Below, piece after piece: positions 47,433-55,207 of a DNA stretch of 64,000 nucleotides. Made by a program: the position numbers and the translations under genes. The notes beneath the pieces were generated by a model. That model ran no database searches. It was not told where the DNA came from and saw only the letters and a list, made by a program, of their open reading frames with translations. The stretch's first letter is position 1. Every line of letters begins with the position of its first letter. This DNA is from Chloroflexia bacterium (GTDB lineage Bacteria; Chloroflexota; Chloroflexia; Thermomicrobiales; CFX8), in the NCBI GenBank assembly GCA_030431755.1, contig JAUIIK010000001.1, positions 42,184 through 106,183 of the forward strand, given 5' to 3'.

Positions 47433-48158
47433 ATGCCGATACCGCCGAACGTCCACCGAGAAGAAGCGGACAGACCGGCGCGGGAGGTCGTCCTGAGCCA
47501 TCTCCGGAACTGGATCGTCGAGGGCATTCTGGCGCCCGGCGAGATCATCAAGGACACGGAGATTGCCCGAACCTTCGACGTGAGCCGTACACCGGTGCGC
47601 GAGGCATTGCTCCAATTGCGGGCCGAAGGATTGATCGAGACAAAACCGCAGGGCTGGACCCAGGTCAAGCCGCTTGATCTAGCACAGGTCAAACTACTAC
47701 TGCCGGTTGTGCTCAATCTCGAAGGGTTGGCCGCGCGCATGGCCGCCGAGCAGCCGGATCGGGAAATGCGCGAGCTCGAGCAGGCACACCGAGACCTTAT
47801 CGATCTGCTTGAGGAAGCCGGTGTGCCGGTGCCGGCGGATAGCGCCGAAGCCGTCATCGTCGCTGACGACCACTTTCACGCGACCGTGCTGGCAATGGCA
47901 AACAACGTGTTTCTCTCGGGCGCGTTGCAGCCCCTGAAGATGCTGATGCGGCGCTACGAGCGCATCTACTACGGCCGCATGACGGTAGTGGACCACGATT
48001 CGCTGACGCTACACCAGCGAATACTCGACGCCATCCGCGCTGGCGACGGCGAACAGGCGGCAGCGCTGATCATCCGCAATCTTTCGAACTCTCCGCTGCA
48101 TGCGGCAATGAACCGACTGGATTCCAGCTTGGCCGCCGAGAGCGGCGGTAGCGAGTGA
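47433..48158 (+). CDS. GntR family transcriptional regulator (FadR/FCD subfamily)
   Basis: wHTH segment EIARTFDVSRTPVREALLQLRAEGLIE followed by an all-helical C-terminal domain. ATG 47433 is preferred over the TTG at 47364, which lies inside the operator palindromes. Confidence 0.85.
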   Translation: MPIPPNVHREEADRPAREVVLSHLRNWIVEGILAPGEIIKDTEIARTFDVSRTPVREALLQLRAEGLIETKPQGWTQVKPLDLAQVKLLLPVVLNLEGLAARMAAEQPDREMRELEQAHRDLIDLLEEAGVPVPADSAEAVIVADDHFHATVLAMANNVFLSGALQPLKMLMRRYERIYYGRMTVVDHDSLTLHQRILDAIRAGDGEQAAALIIRNLSNSPLHAAMNRLDSSLAAESGGSE

Positions 48159-48223
48159 CAACAGCCTATTCTCTAATGCGGATAATCTAGCTTATTCGCA
48201 TACTGGCGGGACTAGAACCTGCT

Positions 48224-49169
48224 TCATAGAGCTTGTCCATCATCGAAGGCGTAGCCACAGTGCTGAAACCAACCGCGCGCATCTTGGACGGTGATCCGAT
48301 CAAGCCCTTGCGCGATCGCTTCCCAGAGCCCCTCGACCGCGCGTTGGTTGGCTCGTCGAAGATGGGCTTTGAGTTTGGAAAAGAGCTGCTCGATGGGGTT
48401 GAAGTCCGGCGAGTAGGGCGGTAAAGGGAGCACCCGACATTCGGCGGCCTCGATGAGCACTACGGCATCGCTACTCTTATGCACACTGAGGTTATCCCAG
48501 ATGACAATCTGCCCCGCACGCAATTGCGGGACGAGGAATTGGGCGATGAACTGATCGAAGACGGGCCGGTCCATGGCCCATTCAATGACCACCGCCGTCT
48601 CGACACCACCAAGGGTCATGGCCGCCATCACTGTCGTGTTCTTGCCCCAGTTGCGCGGCACCTGGCCGATGCAGCGCGCTCCGCGTGGAGCCCGGCCGTA
48701 GCGTGGCGTCAACGTGATGTTGGCGCCACTCTCATCGACAAAGATCAACTGCTCTGCGGCAACACCCTCGATCTCAGCCCACCAGGCAGTGCGTGCTTCT
48801 GGATCCTGTTCGCTGGCGATCAGCCGCTTTTTTTCGCGTCAATTCCAGCCGCTGCAGCGTGCGGCACATGGTCGCGGCACTGACCCTGACCCCGCTGACT
48901 CCCATCCACTGATGGCAGTAGTCGCTCAGGGTGGCATCGGCGCTGGCACGCACCAGGGCTGTCAGCGCCGCATGCTGGTCGGCTGGGATCAGCGGCGGGC
49001 GTCCCGGGCTGGTGCGCGCCACAACCGAGCCTTCCGCACGCCACTGCTGGCGATAGCGCCGCACAGTGCGGGCCGAGACGGCGAACCGCCGCGCGACCTC
49101 TGCCACCGTCTGCCCCAACTCCAGAGCGGCGATGATCCGTTCACGGAGATCCGGACTGTAGGCACGCAT
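48224..49169 (-). CDS. IS630 family transposase; the HTH part (49169-48774) and DDE part (to 48224) lie in different frames that meet at an A7 run
   Basis: N-terminal part MRAYSPDLRERIIAALELGQTVAEVARRF.. . After CGAAAAAAAG the +1 frame continues ..KKRLIASEQDPEARTAWWAEIEGVAAEQLIFVDESGANITLTPRYGRAPRG..DNLSVHK..LPPYSPDFNPIE (DDE_3 signature). Confidence 0.8.
48828..48834 (-). other. A7 homopolymer (T7 on the plus strand) at the transposase frame junction; candidate +1 recoding or transcriptional-slippage site, or an inactivating indel
   Basis: Read directly: CGA AAA AAA GCG in the orfA frame versus GAA AAA AAG CGG in the orfB frame. Confidence 0.6.
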
Positions 49170-49315
49170 CACCCCTCCTGCCTTTCACCCTGCGTGCCAC
49201 AGTGTCACCGAGGAACAGCCTATTCGCAATAGGGTCTAGTGTTCCGGGGCACGCAGTTTTTCTGCAGTTGGTCCTCGAACTGAGCTAACACAATGTGCGA
49301 TATTGCGTCACCTGT

Positions 49316-50638
49316 TCAGCCTCGGCATGGTAGAGTGAAACTTGCAGTTGTCCCGGTTCCCGGCTCGCTGACGACCCCGATCGTGCCGCCGTGCGCCTCA
49401 GTGATGGCACGCGCAATGGCGAGGCCAAGTCCAGTACCGCCAGTACGCCGCGATCTAGATCGGTCAACTCGATAGAACCGGTCGAATATCCGATGCAAGT
49501 GCTCCGGTGGAATGCCGCTACCGGTATCGGATACCGACACGACGGCTGTCTCACCACCGTTTTCGACGAGTACGTCGACGCTCCCGCCCGCTGGCGTATG
49601 TTTTCGAGCGTTGTCGAGCAGAATGCGAACGACCTGGGCGATTCTTCCTTGGTCGATAGATGCTGTGGCTGCTGAGCGCGCCGCGAACGACAGGCGGATA
49701 CCGGCTGCTTCGAAGATTGGCCGCATCTCGTCGACGGAAGCCGCGACCGTTTCCGACAGATCGCTAGGTTGCGTCTGCAGGTCAAGCGCCTGGCTGTCGA
49801 GCCGCGCGATGAGCAGGAGATCACCGATGAGCCGGTCGATGTGGTCGATCTCCCGCAAGATACTCTTGATCTCTGGCGTGATCGGCTGCGCTTCTTCAGG
49901 CGCTTCCATGAGTGCCATTTCCGCGTTCGCGCGAATGAGCGTCATCGGAGTCCGCAGCTCGTGCGATGCGTCGGCGACGAACTGGCGTTGCCGGTCGAAC
50001 GCAGAATTGATCGGCTGCATTGCGCGACGTGAGAGATAAAAGCCGGCCGGCGCGGCAATCAGGCCGCCGAGTGCAACACCGAGCAGTATCACGCGCCGGA
50101 GCTCTGCCAGTCGCCCGTCCAGCTCGTCAAGACTCCGAATACCTTGGACGGCGCCGACAACTTCGTCGCCACTGTAGACCGGTACCGTAAGTACGCGAAC
50201 TCGATACCCGCCATTGAGTGTCACCGAGCGGACATCGGAGTCGCCAGTCAGCGCGGCCGGTATGCCACCAGCCACCGGCACGTCGTCGAGGTGAATCTCG
50301 CGAGGGTTACCGACGATCCGGCCATCTGAGCCGATGACCATTAGGACGGTATCGCCGGAGCCGATGATTTGCCACTCGCGCTCGTAATCTTCCTCGACAT
50401 TTGGGGGCCGTTCGTCGGTGACTCGTGATGTGTTGGCGAAGAGATCCTCACCTCGAACGAACGCCGCCGGGTCGTCAGGCAGTTCGGCGGACTCGACTCG
50501 CTCGTTGAGCGCCTTGTCCAGCTCCTGGAAGTGGCTGTGTCGCAGCGCGATGTACACGACAGCGCCAACGATCGAAATCAGAAGTATCACAGTTGCCGCG
50601 TTGAGAATGGCGAGCTGGCGTCCGACGCGTGTGAACAT
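49316..50638 (-). CDS. Sensor histidine kinase (two TM segments, periplasmic loop, HAMP, HisKA, HATPase_c)
   Basis: H-box ASHELRTPMT, N-box LLDNARKHT, G1 DTGSGIPPE, G2 GGTGLGLAIARAI. 440 aa. Confidence 0.9.
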   Translation of the reverse strand: MFTRVGRQLAILNAATVILLISIVGAVVYIALRHSHFQELDKALNERVESAELPDDPAAFVRGEDLFANTSRVTDERPPNVEEDYEREWQIIGSGDTVLMVIGSDGRIVGNPREIHLDDVPVAGGIPAALTGDSDVRSVTLNGGYRVRVLTVPVYSGDEVVGAVQGIRSLDELDGRLAELRRVILLGVALGGLIAAPAGFYLSRRAMQPINSAFDRQRQFVADASHELRTPMTLIRANAEMALMEAPEEAQPITPEIKSILREIDHIDRLIGDLLLIARLDSQALDLQTQPSDLSETVAASVDEMRPIFEAAGIRLSFAARSAATASIDQGRIAQVVRILLDNARKHTPAGGSVDVLVENGGETAVVSVSDTGSGIPPEHLHRIFDRFYRVDRSRSRRTGGTGLGLAIARAITEAHGGTIGVVSEPGTGTTASFTLPCRG

Positions 50639-50647
50639 ATGCTGCCC

Positions 50648-51322
50648 TCAATCCGCGCGCAGGCGATATCCGACGCCGCGCACGGTTTCAATCGGAGAGC
50701 CCGGTCCATCGACTTGCAGCTTGCGGCGCAAGTAGTGGATGTAGAGATCGACGACGTTGCCTTCTGGATCGGCGTCGTAGCCCCAGACATGTTCCAGGAT
50801 CTGGTCGCGGGTGAGCGCCTGGTCGGCGTTTCGCAACAAGAACTCGAGCAACGAGAATTCTGTTGGTGTCAACTCCACGGCCCTGCCGCCAACAGAGACC
50901 GAGCGTCTGTGAATATGCATCGCGACGCTCCCGACAGCCAGGACATCCGGCAAGTACCGCTGGCTTGCGCGGCGTGTCAACGCGTGGACGCGCGCAATGA
51001 GCTCCTCGAACGCGAATGGTTTGCCAAGGTAGTCATCGGCGCCGTTTTCCAGCCCCTCGACGCGACGGTCGAGGTCGCGGAGCGCACTGAGAATAAGCAC
51101 CGGCGTATTGACGCCGGCAAGCCGCAACTCATAGCAGATCGATAGACCGTCCATGCCGGGAAGCATGCGATCGAGGATGATCCCGTCGAATGTTCCGGTG
51201 AGCGCTTTCTCAAGCCCTTTATCGCCTGTATGAGCCAGTTCAATGTCAATGCGCTCGCGCTCGAGGGCGCGTCGGATGAGACGTGCCAGCTCGATTTCAT
51301 CTTCGACGACGAGGATACGCAT
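50648..51322 (-). CDS. OmpR/PhoB family response regulator
   Basis: MRILVVEDE.., phospho-acceptor region IILDRMLPGMDG, winged-helix LTPTEFSLLEFLL..VWGY. Confidence 0.93.
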   Translation of the reverse strand: MRILVVEDEIELARLIRRALERERIDIELAHTGDKGLEKALTGTFDGIILDRMLPGMDGLSICYELRLAGVNTPVLILSALRDLDRRVEGLENGADDYLGKPFAFEELIARVHALTRRASQRYLPDVLAVGSVAMHIHRRSVSVGGRAVELTPTEFSLLEFLLRNADQALTRDQILEHVWGYDADPEGNVVDLYIHYLRRKLQVDGPGSPIETVRGVGYRLRAD

Positions 51323-51364
51323 CAGACAAACCCGCCGTCTGACGCCGACGCCATGCTAGCTGGC

Positions 51365-52768
51365 TCAGTCATCATCGTCATCATCGGAGCCTGAGTCACC
51401 GTCATCATCGTCTTCATCATCGCCGCCTGACCCAGGCCCGGAATTGTCGTCGTCCCCACTACCGGAACCGCTCCCTGAGCTGTCATCGTCACTGTCATTG
51501 TCGCCGGATCCGGGTCCCGAGTTGTCATCATCATCGTCGTCATCGTTGCCTGATCCTGGCCCGGAATCATCATCGTCATCTCCGCCGGAACCAGGGCCCG
51601 AGCTGTCATCTTCGTCGCCTGGTCCTTCGCCCGCATCGTTTACACCAACGTCACCGTCGTCGTCCCCGCCGGAGCCGGGTCCGGAGTTGTCATTTTCCTC
51701 ATCGTCATCGTCGTTGGATCCGGGACCTGAGTTGTTCCCATCGGAATTGTCATCGTCGCCCTCGCCAGAGCCAGGTCCGGAGCTATCATCCTCGTCGCCA
51801 TTGCCATCGCCATCGTCGCCTGGTCCCGGCCCGGAGCTGTCGCCTTCATGGTCGCCGTTCTCATTGGAGCCGAGCTCTGCGTCATCCCCGTCGCTATCGT
51901 CATCGCGGCCTGACCCGGGCCCGGAACTGTCGTCATCTCCCCCGCTGGAACCGCTCCCGGAATCGTCGTCCTCGTCGTTGTCATCGTCAGTGGATCCAGG
52001 GCCAGAGTTATCTCTCTCCTCGGAGCCGGGACCGGAATCATCGTGGTCACCGTCGCTAACCCGGGCGCCACTGTCGTCGTCGCCGGATCCCGAGATGTCC
52101 TCACGCTCGTCATCGACGTCATCTGAACCCGGACCGGAGTTGTGCTCTTCCGGCTCATCATTGCTGCTCCCGTTTCCTGCCGGGCCCGGATCTTCCTCAC
52201 GGTCGTCGTCATCGGCGCCTGACCCTGGTCCAAAGCTGTCGTCATCTTGGGCCACCGTTCCGGGTGTGCCGTCGTCGCCGTCACCCGGTCCCGAGCCGCT
52301 TGCGGGTTCCTGCTCGGTTTCGCCGCTGGGCTCAGCATTGTCATCGCGATCGTCTTCGTCACGCGCCAATCCGAACGAGCTCGCGGGGGATGGGTTCGGA
52401 GGTTGGGCGCCACGCGAATCGGCTGGAAGCTGAAGGTCACCACTGTCGTCACCCGGCGGCGCGGTCGCATGGATGTTTTCTCCGTCGAGTCGCTTCGTTG
52501 CCAGGCCAGTTGACGCGCCGGAGCGTGCGATTGTGTCAATTTTCGCAGCTGCCGCGGTTGGGGAAGCAAGCGCCACGTCTCCATTGGCCGCCTCATCCGC
52601 GTCGTCACCGGCGTCATCTACAAGTTCGCCGGCATTGAGGCGCGCGAGCGGATTGAACCGGTCCAGATCGAGCACCGGATAGATCATGAGGCTGATCACC
52701 AATAGGACGGCAGCCATCCATGATGTCGATAGTGCCCAGACCGGCAGTCTTTGCCGCACTCGAACCAT
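51365..52768 (-). CDS. Membrane-anchored, extremely acidic low-complexity protein with about a dozen (D/E/N)n-S-G-P-G-S repeats
   Basis: N-terminal hydrophobic anchor (LPVWALSTSWMAAVLLVISLMIYPVL). GAGGGA Shine-Dalgarno before the ATG. The C-terminal ~300 aa are Asp-rich blocks separated by SGPGS/SGSGS. Lies 42 nt upstream of the RR-HK pair on the same strand. Confidence 0.7.
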   Translation of the reverse strand: MVRVRQRLPVWALSTSWMAAVLLVISLMIYPVLDLDRFNPLARLNAGELVDDAGDDADEAANGDVALASPTAAAAKIDTIARSGASTGLATKRLDGENIHATAPPGDDSGDLQLPADSRGAQPPNPSPASSFGLARDEDDRDDNAEPSGETEQEPASGSGPGDGDDGTPGTVAQDDDSFGPGSGADDDDREEDPGPAGNGSSNDEPEEHNSGPGSDDVDDEREDISGSGDDDSGARVSDGDHDDSGPGSEERDNSGPGSTDDDNDEDDDSGSGSSGGDDDSSGPGSGRDDDSDGDDAELGSNENGDHEGDSSGPGPGDDGDGNGDEDDSSGPGSGEGDDDNSDGNNSGPGSNDDDDEENDNSGPGSGGDDDGDVGVNDAGEGPGDEDDSSGPGSGGDDDDDSGPGSGNDDDDDDDNSGPGSGDNDSDDDSSGSGSGSGDDDNSGPGSGGDDEDDDDGDSGSDDDDDD

Positions 52769-52841
52769 GCGTATCCCTCGCTTCAGCCACCTGCGGTCAG
52801 TTACGTCCGATCCATCCTACGTGCGACAGATTGGAGTTACA

Positions 52842-53927
52842 TTAGAATCCACTTCCGGTTCCTGAAAGCGGCCCGGCAAGCCGTTCTTCGACAAGTTCCA
52901 GGAGCATTCCGGTCGCGCTCTCACGGCCTGCAATCTGACTGCTGAGTGAGACGTGACGCGCAAGCGTTAGCGTCTTCGTGATCTCCACATCAGCGGCGGA
53001 AATCCTCCCGGACTGTACGTCGATTGACCGCTCAATAAAAGTCTGTTCGGTTCTCTCAAGGTACGGAGTTCCAGGTGACGCGCGTACCCGCAGCTCACTG
53101 AGGTGCCCAGCGAAGTTGCCGACGTCAATCGCCGCGGGTCCACGAGAGTACAGGTCGACGTCGAGGATCCAGACCCTGCTCCCGTCGATGAGCACATTGT
53201 CCTGGTAGAAATCACGGTGGAGACCGACCGTCGGAGCATCGCTCAAGCCGGATGCTACCTGGCGGCATTGCTCGAACACACTTCCCAGTCGTTCGCTGAG
53301 CTCCGGTCGCACGGTCGACAAGCTGCGGAAGCGCTCCTCCAGGATTGCGAGTTCGTGTGGAACTGCGTGCCGTCGTGTGCAGCCGGCGGCGCACGCGTGA
53401 AAGACGGCCAGCGCCTCGGCTACCCGTCGCGCCACGATGTCACCGTTCGTGCCGGTCAGGGCGATCTCCGCAGGTACACCTGGGACTCGATGTTGGAGCC
53501 ACATGTGAAAGGCAGGGATATAGCCGGCAACGGGAGGGACCGAGACGCCATGACGGCTACTTGGCCCAAGCCCGAGGCTGGCGAGCCGGTACTGGATGCC
53601 GTAGGCATGGCTGTCCAAGCCCTTTGCGCGGACTTTGCCGATGAGAGCGATTGAGCGCGAGCCGCGCCATGGCGCGCTGATCTGCAAGCCGTACTCGATG
53701 AGGCAGCGCCGGCCCGGTTTGTGTCGAATGACCCGAATCGACGAGAGCCCGCAATGGTTTGCACAGCGTCCGAGGGGGCCGGTCGGCTGCGTTAGCGCCG
53801 CCAATGCTGTACGAGGGTCGAGGGCCGGCTTGAGGAACTGAAATGCTGGATCGTTGCGTACTCCGGCCGAGTCTTCAACCGTCGCGGCCGGCACTAGCGT
53901 TTCCTGTTCGGAGATGTCACGAGACAA
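52842..53927 (-). CDS. Phosphotransferase (APH / kinase-like fold) family protein
   Basis: Catalytic loop LHRDFYQDNVLIDGSRVWILDVDL..AIDVGNFAGHL. 361 aa. Confidence 0.7.
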   Translation of the reverse strand: MSRDISEQETLVPAATVEDSAGVRNDPAFQFLKPALDPRTALAALTQPTGPLGRCANHCGLSSIRVIRHKPGRRCLIEYGLQISAPWRGSRSIALIGKVRAKGLDSHAYGIQYRLASLGLGPSSRHGVSVPPVAGYIPAFHMWLQHRVPGVPAEIALTGTNGDIVARRVAEALAVFHACAAGCTRRHAVPHELAILEERFRSLSTVRPELSERLGSVFEQCRQVASGLSDAPTVGLHRDFYQDNVLIDGSRVWILDVDLYSRGPAAIDVGNFAGHLSELRVRASPGTPYLERTEQTFIERSIDVQSGRISAADVEITKTLTLARHVSLSSQIAGRESATGMLLELVEERLAGPLSGTGSGF

Positions 53928-55207
53928 CGGCGATCCATGAGCCTGGATACGCGTTGCAGACCCTGATCGATCCGATGATGCCAGTCCGGGTCACGCCGCC
54001 GGAAGTGATGCACCAGCAAGCCGAACAGACCGGCAGCACGATAGATCTGGATCTCGCGACGATCCACCACTCCTCCGGCCGCGACGTACGCAGTCACCAG
54101 TTGCTCCTCGGCATCATCTGCAAAGTCGGGAGACCACCCGAGCCAGTAGCTGTTCCGGTCAAGATGCGCAAGGAATAGGCCAAGATCTTCGGCTGGATCT
54201 CCTCGACCGGCTTCATCAAGATCGATCAGCCCGATGCCCCGGCCACGCAATAGCACCTGTTTTGGGTGGAGATCACCGTGTACGAGTGCCGTTCCAACCG
54301 GGAGCGCCGGCAGCGTGGCTAGCAGCCGTGACGTTACCTGCTCCACCTGTTGCGTCAGAGAGGGCGCAAGCCAGCTGATCATGTTCGCGTTTGCGATGGT
54401 CTTGTTGGCGAGGTCGGACGGAAGCCGCTGCGGCATGCCTGATGTGTCCTGCGCGTGGAATATGGCAAGGCCATGTGCCAGGGCGTCAATCCACTGCTCA
54501 TGCTCCGGGGCGGCCGGCAACACGGATGCGAGCGATACGCCGTTCAGCCAGTCCAGAGCCAGCGCACTCCGGCGCCGCGTCTTGCCCAGGTGTTGAGGCA
54601 GTGTCAGCTCGGACTCTGAGGCCGTTGGCGTGCGTTTCGATCGACCGATCTCGTAGTCGGTACTCCGGTAGATACGCACCACGACCCGGCGCCCAGCGCT
54701 ATTTGAGACCAGCCCGACGAACCTGCGCTCCGGCTTGTAGTTCAACTCCTCTACGCTCCACTGACCCTGTGACGCATCCGAGCCGAGCAAGCGGCGCATG
54801 ATCTGGCTTCGCCGGTGAGGAAGCAGCAATTGAGGAAGCCCTTTGAGCTTGTTATCCAGCGGCGTGAAGACGAGTTCCGTCGAGTGGTCCCGCAGTAACA
54901 GACGACCGGGATACTCGCGATGCCCACTGTCGGAGGGATGGCGTGGCATCCCGAGCTTGGCTGCAGCATCGTCACGATAGGCCTTTGCGTAGCCTGTTAG
55001 CTCCTGGCCGCCGGACTGTATCCGGAACCTGCAGAGGCAGTTCATGCCTGGCTTGTAGCGTGTGTAGTCGACGCGCAGTTCGTCCACTCCGAGATCCGGG
55101 ACTGCCCGGCGCACACGGTCCGCCAGTTCGGCGCTGTCGAGCACAAGCGCGAGTCCACGCAGCTGGGAGTCGCGCGCGCAGAGGATCGCCTCAGTCTGAG
55201 GCAACAT
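53894..55207 (-). CDS. Phosphotransferase (APH / kinase-like fold) family protein
   Basis: Catalytic loop LVHGDLHPKQVLLRGRGIGLIDLDEAGRGDPAEDLG. ATG 55207 is preceded by GGAGGAA, so it is preferred over 55273. Confidence 0.7.
   Translation of the reverse strand: MLPQTEAILCARDSQLRGLALVLDSAELADRVRRAVPDLGVDELRVDYTRYKPGMNCLCRFRIQSGGQELTGYAKAYRDDAAAKLGMPRHPSDSGHREYPGRLLLRDHSTELVFTPLDNKLKGLPQLLLPHRRSQIMRRLLGSDASQGQWSVEELNYKPERRFVGLVSNSAGRRVVVRIYRSTDYEIGRSKRTPTASESELTLPQHLGKTRRRSALALDWLNGVSLASVLPAAPEHEQWIDALAHGLAIFHAQDTSGMPQRLPSDLANKTIANANMISWLAPSLTQQVEQVTSRLLATLPALPVGTALVHGDLHPKQVLLRGRGIGLIDLDEAGRGDPAEDLGLFLAHLDRNSYWLGWSPDFADDAEEQLVTAYVAAGGVVDRREIQIYRAAGLFGLLVHHFRRRDPDWHHRIDQGLQRVSRLMDRRCLVTSPNRKR

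Larger units (their letters stand above)
48160..49243 (-). mobile_element. IS630 family insertion sequence (boundaries approximate)
   Basis: IS630/Tc1-type transposase in two frames. A 12-bp direct repeat AACAGCCTATTC lies at 48160-48171 and 49214-49225. The element is inserted immediately after the gntR stop. I could not define clean terminal inverted repeats by eye. Confidence 0.7.

Noticed and set aside
51365-52276. Periodic DNA that might be taken for a CRISPR array or tandem DNA satellite
   Set aside because: There are no constant-length direct repeats separated by unique spacers. The periodicity is codon-level (GAY runs plus TCNGGNCCNGGNTC) and stays in one open frame.
51444-52433. 329-aa plus-strand Ser/Pro/Glu-rich repeat ORF (..SSSPLPEPLPELSSS..)
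   Set aside because: It is a mirror image of the acidic repeat gene. The minus-strand frame has an SD, an N-terminal membrane anchor and operon context with the RR-HK pair. The plus-strand frame has none of these.
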